A stretch of DNA of 64,000 nt, taken from contig CM035351.1 in assembly GCA_020137815.1 (NCBI GenBank), forward strand, positions 62,001-126,000, in the 5' to 3' direction. This document shows, piece after piece, positions 48,801 to 60,149 of this stretch. The stretch comes from Hormiphora californensis (Eukaryota > Animalia > Ctenophora). The notes under the pieces were generated by a model. That model was given only the letters and a program-made list of their open reading frames with translations. It was not told the origin of the DNA and did no database searches. Position numbers and translations under genes: made by a program. How positions within the stretch are numbered: the stretch's first letter is position 1; each line of letters opens with the position of its first letter.

Positions 48801-50014
48801 CAAGGGCAAAGGTCATTACCGCTGATGGAGAATCTGCTCTCTTTGAAATTGTTGCCGGGGTGTTACAGGGCGATACGCTCGCACCCTATTTGTTCATAAT
48901 AGCACTGGACTACTGCATCAGTACGGCACTCTCGAGGCACCCGGAGATTGGTTTCACCATCCAACCAGCACGGGGTACCAGATCTCGACCGATTGAGGCT
49001 CAACGGGTATCGGATACGGAGTTTGCTGACGATCTAGCGCTCCTTGCCGACTCTACTGAACAACTTGGAACTCTGCTCAAGGAGGTGGAAACCGTGTGTG
49101 GCCAAATTGGCCTCCGTTGTAACCTTGGTAAGACAGAATTCCTGACAGAGGGCATCGATAACCCAGGGCAGTTAACATCTCTGTCGGGAGAGAGCATCAA
49201 GAGGGTACAGGACTTCAAGTATCTTGGTAGTTGGATCGCGGACTCCACCCGGGACATTAACACCAGAAAGGCTAAAGCATGGGTGGCATGTCATAAACTC
49301 AAGAAGATCTGGAACTCGAGTCTTAAAGATGAGCTAAAGGTCCGATTGTTTGTGGCATGTGTAGAATCTGTTCTGCTGTACGGCTGTGAGACTTGGACTC
49401 TTACTAGGGACCAAGAGCGTAGTCTAAACGGCACCTACACTCGAATGCTCAGGATGGCACTGAATAAAAACCAGTATCTCCTGAGGATGACCAACTGCGA
49501 GCTGTATGGAGACCTACCGATTCTCAGCACCAAAATAGCAGAGAGACGCCTGAGACATGCTGGCCACGCGTTTAGACACCCAGAGCTAACACTTCACTCA
49601 GTATTGTTATGGGAACCCTCCCACGGTAAAACGAAAAGAGGGAGACCAAACCTTACATTCGTGGACACCATACGAAGAGATACTGGAGTGAAGAGCGTAG
49701 CAGAGATATCCTCAATGATGGCTGGCCGAGATCCTTGGCGAAAACTGACCTACAGCGTTCGAGAATACCACTCGCCTTAAGTCAAGTAAGTCAAGTGGTT
49801 ACTTGGAGACATTTTCAAATAACACGAATCAAGGAGTTGTTTGGTGGTCCTCATCGTTCCACCCTGTCTCACCCCCCCTCCTAAGTTTAAAGGAGGGTTA
49901 GAAAGTTATTACCTCATTATTGAAGGTGTCGAAAACAGTACAGAGAGGATCAGACTTGGAGAATACGTCAGCATCCCTTAGTCCGGTACAAGAAATCGTC
50001 AATTTGACCTTCAT
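45851..50014 (-). CDS. Copine-type C2 domain protein; exons 50014-49913, ~46306-46061, ~45973-45851 (or spliced at 45882)
   Basis: MKVKLTISCTGLRDADVFSKSDPLCTVF..|LGRTECIDNELNPKFKETITLDY..LIFKVWDIDD..DFLGEMQCTLEELV, then a Lys/Gly-rich tail. No second C2 or vWA domain is seen. Confidence 0.8.
46362..49795 (+). mobile_element. Full-length RTE-clade non-LTR retrotransposon, antisense in intron 1 of the C2 gene
   Basis: TSD TGGTTACT at 46354-46361 and 49796-49803; single APE-RT ORF; 3' tail (TAAGTCAAG)x2 directly after the stop. Confidence 0.92.
46775..49780 (+). CDS. RTE ORF, APE endonuclease plus RT (likely ATG ~46829)
   Basis: IGTLNCRTL, IQEHR, AGDFNAKLG, SDHRAV; NYRGIAL, FIDFCKAFDSI, GVLQGDTLAPYLF, EFADDLALL, FKYLGS, VLLYGCETWTL, KRGRP. 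Confidence 0.96.
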   Translation: MSCLWSHACRRKCSERKIMMESFYKDISQTFIGTLNCRTLRTVERQEELAYKFCNSKLGVLAIQEHRIVHAPGEVIRITPAGSDCILLTSTAERNQRGASVGGVGIAMRAAAWKLITEKEVVSPRILKVTFAGNPRFTVVSVYSPTEGYSRDEVEKFHHDLRDCINTIPAHNLVVVAGDFNAKLGWSDSPSGWYYHKSTSPNGLCLKETLREANMEVANVRFQKRKCRLWTHLSDGTLSKSTKDYILVRRKWRNSIKDADVSEIFSSLGSDHRAVTVKLKLTLRKRKTPPGRTSYCYEELKSSPELQERFSVEVHNRFAVLDSAIENREDATERYGCLVEAVGQTSKALLGKKRKRIRDVVADDFRVKRARENVETASQQYHSAPSEETLDRIGTAKEDLQNAYQNVHSEILENKISKVEVATKHAKTRESWRLINEISGRHQREQSQIEGDSADDRVEIWYNHFKTLLGTQAESTDGDLEIPEIHPPGPIEVGPFTRDELKSAKSRLKEAKAFGDDSIPPEVLKRCDVDDIVLEFCNGALNGEGVPDQWRVSNLIPVPKKGDLSKPGNYRGIALTSIVAKTLNRMILHRIRPHVETLLSDNQNGFREGRSTTNHVLTLRRILEGARAKNLPVAMVFIDFCKAFDSINRKSLMKILRAYGIPARIVDLISWLYTNTRAKVITADGESALFEIVAGVLQGDTLAPYLFIIALDYCISTALSRHPEIGFTIQPARGTRSRPIEAQRVSDTEFADDLALLADSTEQLGTLLKEVETVCGQIGLRCNLGKTEFLTEGIDNPGQLTSLSGESIKRVQDFKYLGSWIADSTRDINTRKAKAWVACHKLKKIWNSSLKDELKVRLFVACVESVLLYGCETWTLTRDQERSLNGTYTRMLRMALNKNQYLLRMTNCELYGDLPILSTKIAERRLRHAGHAFRHPELTLHSVLLWEPSHGKTKRGRPNLTFVDTIRRDTGVKSVAEISSMMAGRDPWRKLTYSVREYHSP

Positions 50015-50462
50015 GTCGCATCTCTTCAGTCCGCCATCTCTACAGTCAAATAACATTATACTCAATATCCCGATTTTTGAGAGTAGATATCAGATTGGTG
50101 CACGCTACCAAAACAAGGTCTTCGACAGACTTTTACAACCGGCCATAACCACGCAGCCAATCAAAAACATGGCCGTGCAAATACATGGACACACAACTAT
50201 CTAACCATACAAAAACATGGCCAATCTGAGTAAACAAAAAGGTATCCTATAGATAATCGATTGCACTAACCGATAATGCCAAACATAGCCCGGCTTACCA
50301 GACCCTAACTGGCAGCCCTAACCCGGCTCAGCCGCCAAAATCGATGGATTATACCAATACCGATAGGCACCCAGATGTTAACGTCTTCTTTGTAGCACAT
50401 TCCTTGGTTTACGCTGTCGGCCCTCTAACGAGACCAGCGTTAAAAGTGCTGACAAACGGTTT

Positions 50463-50508
50463 TTAGGGTTAGGGCTAAAGTAGGGTTAGGGTTAGGGTTG
50501 GGGTTAGG
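50463..50508 (+). repeat. Short degenerate interstitial (TTAGGG)n
   Basis: ttagggttagggctaaagtagggttagggttagggttggggttagg. Confidence 0.75.
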
Positions 50509-50948
50509 CCTTGACATTCCCTACCAGATAAACTTTGAATCAGCCAAAACGGTTGAGTGGTTTGGCGGTTAGAGCCATTTTAGTGAATCAACTTTTTTGG
50601 CAGCGCGCACCTGTAAACAGGCCTCCAAACACCCAGATCGTAACGGCGCCCCTCTAATGAGGGGGTACGCCGTACGTGCATGAAGGGACTGTAGCTGCTA
50701 CAGTGTAGCACATGGCATACGCTGCAGGCCGCTTTAGATGAGGGGGCTGCAGCGCCAGTAAAAAAATCGCGTTTTCTCAACTTTAAAAAAATGAACTCAA
50801 AAAACTTCAAATCATAAAAATGCTACAAGTATGAAAAACGCGCGGCAACGGAGAAGTATAATACTCGCGTTCGCACGCTCCCCGCGCGCATTTTATTTAT
50901 TTAAGAATTCCATCGGATCGCGAAAAAAAAGAAACAGTTGAGCACCTC

Positions 50949-51218
50949 ATGAGGCCCCTCGGAAATGTTCAAGTCATGCACAATCAAGTCACGCCCACCA
51001 ATCACAGCTCAGAACGCGCGGAGTGCTTCGCGCGTTCTGCGCTGTGATTGGTGGGCGTGACTTGATTGTGCATGACTTTGAAAAGCGCTGCCTTATCCCG
51101 CGCTGCGCATGGCGCAGAACATCGGGGGCCAGCAACGTTTGCCAATGCATGACTTGAACATTTCCGAGGGGCCTCATTGAAAAGCGCTGCCTTATCCCGC
51201 GCTGCAACGTTTGCCAAA
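50949..51218. repeat. Nested-palindrome repetitive element; part also present, inverted, at ~18638-18690
   Basis: Inner hairpin caatcaagtcacgcccaccaatcacagc..gctgtgattggtgggcgtgacttgattg; outer atgaggcccctcggaaatgttcaagtcatgca and its complement; shared aaaagcgctgccttatcccgcgctgc. Confidence 0.75.
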
Positions 51219-51220
51219 GC

Positions 51221-51430
51221 ACCTCAGGGGGTCTGACTCCAGAGAGCAACAGGATCCTCAGAACACTAGCAGGAAAGATGGTAAAGGATCATGGGAATAC
51301 CTACAGTGAGGCAATAGATTACCTCAGACTCCGCATACGGTATCCTGATAGTGTGTCTGATAGCACTACGAGATACCCGAGTGAAAATACATCACGCCCC
51401 CATAAACAATGGGGACCTTAACCTTAAACG
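51221..51430 (+). pseudogene. 3' remnant of a CRE-like (restriction-like endonuclease) non-LTR retrotransposon
   Basis: Translates TSGGLTPESNRILRTLAGKMVKDHGNTYSEAIDYLRLRIR then VCLIALRDTR..DLNL, which resembles the CRE ORF C-terminus (from memory, not searched). Confidence 0.55.
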
Positions 51431-52752
51431 TTTGTTAGGTTTCCCTCTTATTTTAGAGTTTATTTTGTACAGCGTGTAGGCGTGAATATTTATATACTAT
51501 ACTTCAAACAGCAATCCGACAATACCGGGTTCCATGATGGATACGAGGGTACTCTCGACACTTCGGTGTTGTACCACTTTGCAGGTTCACTAGCTGTGAC
51601 CAATCGTGGTGTGCGTTTATTATCTGAGAGCCCGGTGTCGGCTTGTTGTTTCTTCAAAAAGTTGAAAAGCCGAAAGTTATATGCAATGAGGGCTATTGTT
51701 GCTTGGGTTTAGAGGGGCGGCTTTGGAACCCGCCAAACCGTCCGCGGACGGTTAATAAATTGCCGCCCCTGGCGCGGACGGTTAAGGCCACGAGCCGCCC
51801 CTGTTGGGTTGTTACTTGGGTGTCTATGTAGTAATAATGAATTGGTACGTGATTTTCATGTCTGAGCCTTCAGTATTAAGATTCATTACCCAGGGAATAG
51901 ACATAACCTTTCAGATAGTTTTCATACCTGTTTGCTTTGCAAAAAGTCATAGCAGCTCAGATCGTAACGGCGCCCTTAATTTTCGAGAATGACCGAAAGA
52001 GCGGTTGCTATGGTGGTGAACCCCTGTTGGGGACCCTACGCACAAGGACCAATTACTTAGTGATACACTTAGTGATACCGCAAGTGAGGGCCGTGAGTTG
52101 ATCTTGGTGGAAGTGAAGCTGAGTGTGGTTGTGTAGTGCGGTAGTGTTTCACTGGAGCCGACTCGTTTACCCCGGGGTATGCCTGGGTCACCCTGACGGT
52201 TTCGTTTGGTACCGCAAGAAGAGAAAGTTGATGGAAAGGGGTTAAACTTCGAGAATGATCCAATTTATTATCGAACTATGCATATCGGGCTAAGACCTGC
52301 AGAGCGAATTAGTTTTGATTTCTTTTCGGAGCGATATCACATATTGCTTGTCAGCAACTGTTAACTTTTGCGAATCCTAGAGCTAGAAGTTTCACCCGTC
52401 ACATGATATTCTAATACGGGAGTGATTGCAGTCACCTCTTGGTGACATAGACACCTGGTGCGACCCCCGCACACTCGATCTCGGTCGCGTCAGGTGTCTA
52501 TGTCACCAAATTCAGCTCATAATCAGATGCATCAACTGTATAAGAAATGTTTTGTCTGCTGTTTTAACAACTAACCCGAGTATTATACATCATTATGTGG
52601 GGTAACATGCACACATATACACTTGGTTCCCGTTCCTAACATGTAAGAAATATTATTTCTCACGATACGAAGATGATCGTCCAACGATCGTCCAACGATA
52701 GTCGACTCTCTGTCTCTCTCTCTGTCTCTCTCTGTCTCTCTCTCTCTGTCTC

Positions 52753-52876
<124 letters not shown>

Positions 52877-52929
52877 TTTGATGATTTTTAGTGTGATTAT
52901 TCTTGTTTGTGTGCAGTGAGAGTCAGAGA

Positions 52930-53680
52930 CACGGCGTGCCTGGTGAAATTTTAACACGACCTAGCATGCGACGGGAAACCACCACTTGTACGTGGTAGCT
53001 GAGGGTCTTTTCTTGCTTATTTTCACCGTTTTGCCTACTTAAATTTTCTATAAATCAACGATCTGTTATTGGATTGGTATGAAATCTTGGATTTTAGTCG
53101 AAAATTGTCCCATAAACAACTTAAGCATGGTCCCGATTGACCATTTCAATCAGAAGTTTGTCAAAAATGCCAAAATCCAAAAAACAAGAAAATCAAGTTA
53201 CGGTTCTCCTAGTTGGCAGATTTCAACAATTTGCCCAAATCTAACCATAAATTGGATATACACGAAAACTTAGTTCTTGGTAGAAAAATGACCATTTTAA
53301 CGATTGGCACTAGTTTCAAATCCCTATCTCAACGTTTTCAATGGTTTAGGGGCCAAAAACCTCCAAAAAATGGTAAAAAATCAACTTTTGACCATTTTAC
53401 AGTCATTTTAGAGATTCGACTTCAACGGCAATCGATTCTACGTGCAAAAATAGGTAGGGGTGACATATTTCGTGTGCTAAGTCATTATGGATTTTTCGGG
53501 ACCACGTTTAATATAGCCAATTTTGACCCAAATCAAATAAAAGTAAAAAAAACGATTTTAGGGCATGGACTTTTTTTTCCCGCACCGTAGCGCCATTCTG
53601 TAGACCCTCAGCTACCACGTACAAGTGGTGGTTTCCCGTCGCATGCTAGGTCGTGTTAAAGTTTCACCAGGCACGCCGTG
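52930..53680. mobile_element. Non-autonomous DNA transposon with CACGGCGTGCC termini and a 4-bp TSD (Chapaev/CMC-like)
   Basis: ~79-bp TIRs; TSD GAGA at 52926-52929 and 53681-53684. Confidence 0.88.
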
Positions 53681-53780
53681 GAGAGTGGACTGCTCGTGCA
53701 GATAACCAAACACAGAAGTTTCCAATCAGGTATATCTTCTCCAGCCATGTAATAACTATACACAATAGGGTTGATGGGTC

Positions 53781-55086
53781 ATGAGGAAACTCTACAGACT
53801 GACGATTGGAGCGGTCTGTTTCTGCTTCGTCTACATTATAGTTGTCACCTCTTACCAGAAGGGTCGCCAGGATCCTGATCACCATATCGACGTACGTTAT
53901 AGTACAGCTTGTACTCAGTAACCCCCCCCCTGATGACGTGTTTGGCTATGGTAACAGTCCCCCCTAGCAACCCCCCCCCCTAGCAACCTCCCCCTAGCAA
54001 CCTCCCACCCCAAGCAACCCCCCCCCCCCTAGCAACCCCCCCCCCCCTGATGACGTGTTTGGCAATGGTAACAGTCCCCTCCCCCTAGCAACCCCCTAGC
54101 AACCCCCCTAGCAACCCCCCCCCTAGCAACCCCCCCCCCCCCCCCACTAGCAACCCCCCAAGCAACCTCCCACCCCTAGCAACCCCCCTAGCAACCTCCC
54201 ACCCCTAGCAACCCCCCTAGCAACCTCCCACCCCTAGCAACCCCCCCTAGCAACCCCCCCCCCCTAGCAACCCCCCTAGCAACCTCCCACCCCTAGCAAC
54301 CCCCCTAGCAACCCCCCCACTAGCAACCCCCCTAGCAACCCCCCTCCCCCCCTCAGATCGAGCAGTTTATAGACCGTCGTGATGAGAGGAGTGGTAATTC
54401 TACTGTGAATTTAGACGGTTCAGATGGCTTTCAAGGCCTTGTGCTACAGAAGGAGGAGAAAGAACCCATGTGTCTTGACCCCATGTTAGCTACATCAAAC
54501 AGCGCTGATATCCAGGTATGACGTCATCTAACTATATCTAATGCAAATTTGCACGGAAATGTGACACCCTATCGTCAATGTGACGACGTGATCCGTCAAT
54601 GTGACGACGTGATCCGTCAGTGTGACGACATGATCCGTCAGTGTGACGACGTGATTCGTAGGTATCACGTATCACACGTGTTGAGAACTGCTTGCGACTT
54701 GAGGGGTCACATCACATGTATAAAAGGGAGAGAAAGAGAGAAAAAGAGAGGGATCACATCACATAGCATATAGCAGACAGGCAGAGAGAAAAACATAGAA
54801 ACAGACCCCTCGATTTGCGATCGGTACGATCGCCCCAGTTTTGCTAGTATATATAATAATAATACCATGACGTAATGACATGACGTCACACTACTCATTG
54901 TGAGAATTATTGGTTATTCAATCAGCGTCAAAAAAATAGTCAGACAGTTGTTTTTATTGAAAACAACCATGTCTGATTATTATTGTAGGGTCTAGTATTC
55001 TGAAAACTTTTCAATCCGCAGGTTTCCACCTTGGTAGAAGAATTATCCTTTGAACTAGAGAATGGAGGTGAGTTGGAGAAGGGTGG

Positions 55087-55158
<72 letters not shown>

Positions 55159-58100
55159 GAGAGAGAGAGAGAGAGGGGGGGAGAGGGTTTTTTAAAGCAT
55201 CTGATTGCAAAAACTGCTAAGGAACAAGGTGTTTATTATAAAGGAACACTATTTAAGTCCCTTTGATCCTCCTTAACATCAGAAGCTGACGTTCTCCATG
55301 TAACAGGATCGGAGAAAACAGCATTCCCAGGACTCCAACCACTCCCATTCTCTGAACCACCCCCCCCCCCCCCCTAGCAACCCCCTAGCAACCCCCATAG
55401 CAACCTCCCAAGCAACCCCTCCTTAACATCAGCAGCTGACGTTCTCCATGTTACAGGATCGGAGAAAACAGCATTCCCAGGACTTCAACCACTCCCATTC
55501 TCTGAGCCACTCCGAGTGTTTCTAGTGCCCCACACACACTGTGACCCAGGTACGGGTGGGAAACACATGTCATTCAATAGTCAATTATAGTCAATGTTGT
55601 GAGAGAAATAAGGGGATATCTTCTCGCACCACACGGTATAATAGAGGCTAGTCACGGCGTGCCCGAGGGTAGTTTAACATTTGTTTGAGTGCACACCTCC
55701 AATTCCGGTTGTAACTGGTCGGGAAGACCTCCCTGAAGGTCGTGGCGGTGCGGGAAAAATAGGGTAGACCTGCTGCGGCTTCAGAAAATTGAGAAAAAGA
55801 TAGCTATCTTTTTTTTCACTTTGAAAATAAGACGTTTTTTATTAAAAGATCCTTGATCAGTGAGATACGGTTGTCCCCCACCTATTTTTTGACGTAGAAT
55901 CGAATGCCGTTGAAGTCAAATCTCTAAAATGTTGGCAAAATGGAGAAAATCACGTTTTTAGGTGTTTTTTGGTGAAAAAAGCGTTCAAACTGGTAGTAGA
56001 TGATGGGATAGAGTCCCAAAAATATCATAAATCGATTTTTTGGGTCTTTTTCGCCCTAGGAAAAGAGTTTCATGAAAATCTGGTACAACGCCTATTCTCC
56101 GTTTGCTTTCAAAGAAGCTGAATATTGCTCTAATTTAGCCAATTTTGAAGAAAAGGCGTCCAAAATGATACCAGTTGACAGGATAGAGTCCCAAAAACGT
56201 GAAAATCATCAATTTTAGGCATTTTATACCCTAGAAACAAATGGACATGGTGGTCGAATGATATTTTTTATCTCGGTAGGCCTCTGAAGTATGTGGAAAT
56301 AGCCACAATGTAGAGATTGTGGTAAATTAATGTGAATAAACGTTTACCAAACCCACTTTAGTGGGCTTCTGGATTATGCAAGAGCCACTCTTCTGGGTTT
56401 GGTAAACGTTTATTCACATTAATTTACCACAATCTCTTCATTGTGGCTATTTCCACATACTTCAGAGGCCTACCGAGATAAAAAATATCATTCGACCACC
56501 ATGTCCATTTGTTTCTAGGGTATAAAATGCCTAAAATTGATGATTTTCACGTTTTTGGGACTCTATCCTGTCAACTGGTATCATTTTGGACGCCTTTTCT
56601 TCAAAATTGGCTAAATTAGAGCAATATTCAGCTTCTTTGAAAGCAAACGGAGAATAGGCGTTGTACCAGATTTTCATGAAACTCTTTTCCTAGGGCGAAA
56701 AAGACCCAAAAAATCGATTTATGATATTTTTGGGACTCTATCACATCATCTACTACCAGTTTGAACGCTTTTTTCACCAAAAAACACCTAAAAACGTGAT
56801 TTTCTCCATTTTGCCAACATTTTAGAGATTTGACTTCAACGGCATTCGATTCTACGTCAAAAAATAGGTGGGGGACAACCGTATCTCACTGATCAAGGAT
56901 CTTTTAATAAAAAACGTCTTATTTTCAAAGTGAAAAAAAAGATAGCTATCTTTTTCTCAATTTTCTGAAGCCGCAGCAGGTCTACCCTATTTTTCCCGCA
57001 CCGCCACGACCTTCAGGGAGGTCTTCCCGACCAGTTACAACCGGAATTGGAGGTGTGCACTCAAACAAATGTTAAACTACCCTCGGGCACGCCGTGTAGT
57101 ATTATATACAAACCATTACAGGAGCTATACTATTATTACTATTTTCTGTAGTAAACAACCAATCAGAACTCGTTATTTAGGTCATGTGACTGGTTATCAG
57201 CCAATCAGGGACCAGTATTTCCACACTATTTTCTGTAGGCTGGTAAACAACCAATCAGAACTCGTTATTTAGGTCACGTGACTGGTTATCAGCCAATCAG
57301 GGACCAGTATTTCCACACTATTTAGGTTGGTTGGAGACGTTTCACTGGTACTACGAGAAAAAAGTGAGATCCATCCTAACGTGGCTGTACATCAAGGCCT
57401 CGGATACACCCGATTTCAAATACATGTATGCTGAGGTAAACCTTACAATTTATCAGTACTCTCCCTCCTCTCGCTAGTGGTATTTGTTCAATGGTCTTCA
57501 CCGTATGGGTACATGATAACATGCAGTTACCATGGTAACACTGCAACTGGTAACATGCAGTTACCATGGTAACACTGCAACTGGTATTATAATGGTTACC
57601 ATGTGGTACTGAAGCTGTAATGATTACAATTTCAGGTGTCCTTCTTCAGTGTTTGGTGGGATGAGCAGGAGGATGATGTGAGGGAGGGGATGAAAAAGTG
57701 AGTTCAATAGAATCAAGATCATGTTTAAAACATTATACACATGTTTTCCTACTGCATAGTACCGTTACATCTTGGTATCGAAGACACCTCACACTCAGGC
57801 CGCTTCGCCACACTCAGGCCGCTTCGCCACACTCAGGCCGCTGCGCCAAACGAAGGCTACGAAGCGGCCGCATCGCGGCCTTCGTTTGGCGCACTTCGCG
57901 CGCCGGTAAGGGAGGGGTAACTTCGTTACCAACGTTATATCTATGATATATATATACGTTGTATATAGGCCCAGAGACGGCAGACGACAGTCACAGAAAT
58001 CTGTATAATCCAGTTAATAAGAACAAATTATAATAGAGATAATATGCAGCATGATGCAGCATGTAGAAACCATAGCTTAGGTGAGGTTTCTACTACGTGG

Positions 58101-59897
58101 TGTGTCGACACGGTCCTTGCACTGTTACTGCAGCCAAGCCATACAGGGCGGCCCAGTCTATCATGTAGAGTTGGGAGGGACAAACTCAGAGCTCAGTCTA
58201 TCATGTAGAGTTGGGAGGGACAAACTCAGAGCCCAGTCTATTATGTAGAGTTGGGAGGGACAAACTCAGAGCCCAGTCTATCATGTAGAGTTGGGAGGGA
58301 CAAACTCAGAGCCCAGTCTATCATGTAGAGTTGGGAGGGACAAACTCAGAGCCCAGTCTATCATGTAGAGTTGGGAGGGACAAACTCAGAGCCCAGTCTA
58401 TCATGTAGAGTTGGGAGGGACAAACTCAGAGCCCAGTCTATTATGTAGAGTTGGGAGGGACAAACTCAGAGCCCAGTCTATCATGTAGAGTTGGGAGGGA
58501 CAAACTCAGAGCCCAGTCTATCATGTAGAGTTGGGAGGGACAAACTCAGAGCCCAGTCTATCATGTAGAGTTGGGAGGGACAAACTCAGAGCCCAGTCTA
58601 TCATGTAGAGTTGGGAGGGACAAACTCAGAGCCCAGTCTATCATGTAGAGTTGGGAGGGACAAACTCAGAGCCCAGTCTATCATGTAGAGTTGGGAGGGA
58701 CAAACTCAGAGCCCAGTCTATCATGTAGAGTTAGGAGGGACAAACTCAGAGCCCAGTCTATCATGTAGAGTTGGGAGGGACAAACTCAGAGCCCAGTCTA
58801 TCATGTAGAGTTGGGAGGGACAAACTCAGAGCCCAGTCTATTATGTAGAGTTGGGAGGGACAAACTCAGAGCCCAGTCTATCATGTAGAGTTGGGAGGGA
58901 CAAACTCAGAGCCCAGTCTATCATGTAGAGTTGGGAGGGACAAACTCAGAGCCCAGTCTATCATGTAGAGTTGGGAGGGACAAACTCAGAGCCCAGTCTA
59001 TCATGTAGAGTTGGGAGGGACAAACTCAGAGCCCAGTCTATCATGTAGAGTTGGGAGGGACAAACTCAGAGCCCAGTCTAGTGTCCTGCACTGGTCTCCA
59101 ACAGAAGTTTCAAAGTGTTTCTCAAAGAGCTGTGTTTAGTAAACACGCGGCTCACATTGTACAGATTTTCCAGTGTGTGTTTTCCGTTCTAATACGTCTA
59201 ACACATGATCATTGATCAAACACTGCTGTTGGCAAGCCCAGCTGCATACTCGGAGTAGTAGTAGTATTGATAAACGTATTCCACACTAGGCTGGCTCTAG
59301 AAGGGAGGTTTGAGTTTGTCCAGGGAGGCTGGGTCCAGACTGACGAGGCAAACACTCACTACTTCGCGATGACCAATGAAATGTTCGATGGACATCAGTG
59401 GCTCAGCGAAAACTTCCCAGGTATAGCAACACTAGCCTCTCCCAGCCACCAGGTATAGCAACACTACTAGTATTACTAGCCACCGCCCTGATCCCCCGGC
59501 CGACAAGCTCAGCTTTTTCCAAAATCTAAAATTGAAAAGTACCGGTGTAATAAATTTCCCGATTTTCAGAGGCTATACCACGGTCTGGTTGGGCTATTGA
59601 CCCGTTTGGACTGTCCCCTGTGATGGCATATGTCAATAAAATCTTCGGTCTCACTGCTATGCACATTCAGGTGATTCCATTAGCTAGATCTAAGAGGTGT
59701 TCCAGGTCCCACTAGAAGGTGTGAAGGGAAACCAGCCCCACACCTGGTTAGACTTCTTTGTGTTAGTTCTTTGTGATATAAATCCACCTCTCTCCCTCTC
59801 TTTAACACACTATTCTTGACTTAGAGAGTCCACTACTCCATAAAGAATCATCTGGCAAAAACTAGAAACCTCGACTTTCGCTGGAGACAATCGTGGG
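53781..59897 (+). CDS. MAN2A: Golgi alpha-mannosidase II (GH38), exons 1-9: 53781-53891, 54357-54515, 55022-55067, 55457-55549, 57326-57435, 57636-57697, 59290-59420, 59570-59670, 59825-59897; continues beyond the window
   Basis: Type II anchor [22 protein letters not shown]; [15 protein letters not shown]|WLETF, YMYAE|[40 protein letters not shown]|RVHYSIK..FRWRQSW. All exon phases are consistent. Confidence 0.93.
53920..54350. repeat. Intronic (CCCCCTAGCAA)n-like minisatellite; shorter tract at 55358-55420
   Basis: Direct reading. Confidence 0.9.
55653..57096. mobile_element. 1444-bp foldback element with ~700-bp near-perfect arms, CACGGCGTGCC termini and a 4-bp TSD
   Basis: Arms ~55653-56354 and ~56394-57096; TSD TAGT at 55649-55652 and 57097-57100. 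Confidence 0.93.
57766..57940. mobile_element. Degenerate MITE with internal 19-bp repeats and a hairpin
   Basis: Imperfect TIR ttggtatcgaag / cttcgttaccaa; (cacactcaggccgcttcgc)x3; gcgccaaacgaaggc..gccttcgtttggcgc. Confidence 0.55.
58151..59080. repeat. 40-bp intronic tandem repeat, ~23 copies
   Basis: Unit GCCCAGTCTATCATGTAGAGTTGGGAGGGACAAACTCAGA. Confidence 0.95.
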
Positions 59898-60149
59898 GTG
59901 AGTGTGAAACAATTTTTGCAAAGTATTAGAACCAGATGGACCTCACATGGTGCAGAATTATCAAGGGGATCCATGGTTAACTGCCAGTCCAATGTTTTCA
60001 CCACAGTGCGAAGAGGACGGTCTTATATGAGACAAAGGGATCCTGTCCAACTGTCCAATGCTCTCATCACACTGTCATGGTTTCTAGGGGTTTACCATGT
60101 ATAAGGTCTACATGGTGCACAAAACCATTGGTTTCTTGCTATAATAATT

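Noticed and set aside
50463-50508. Telomere or chromosome fusion site
   Set aside because: Too short and degenerate, and embedded in repetitive sequence.
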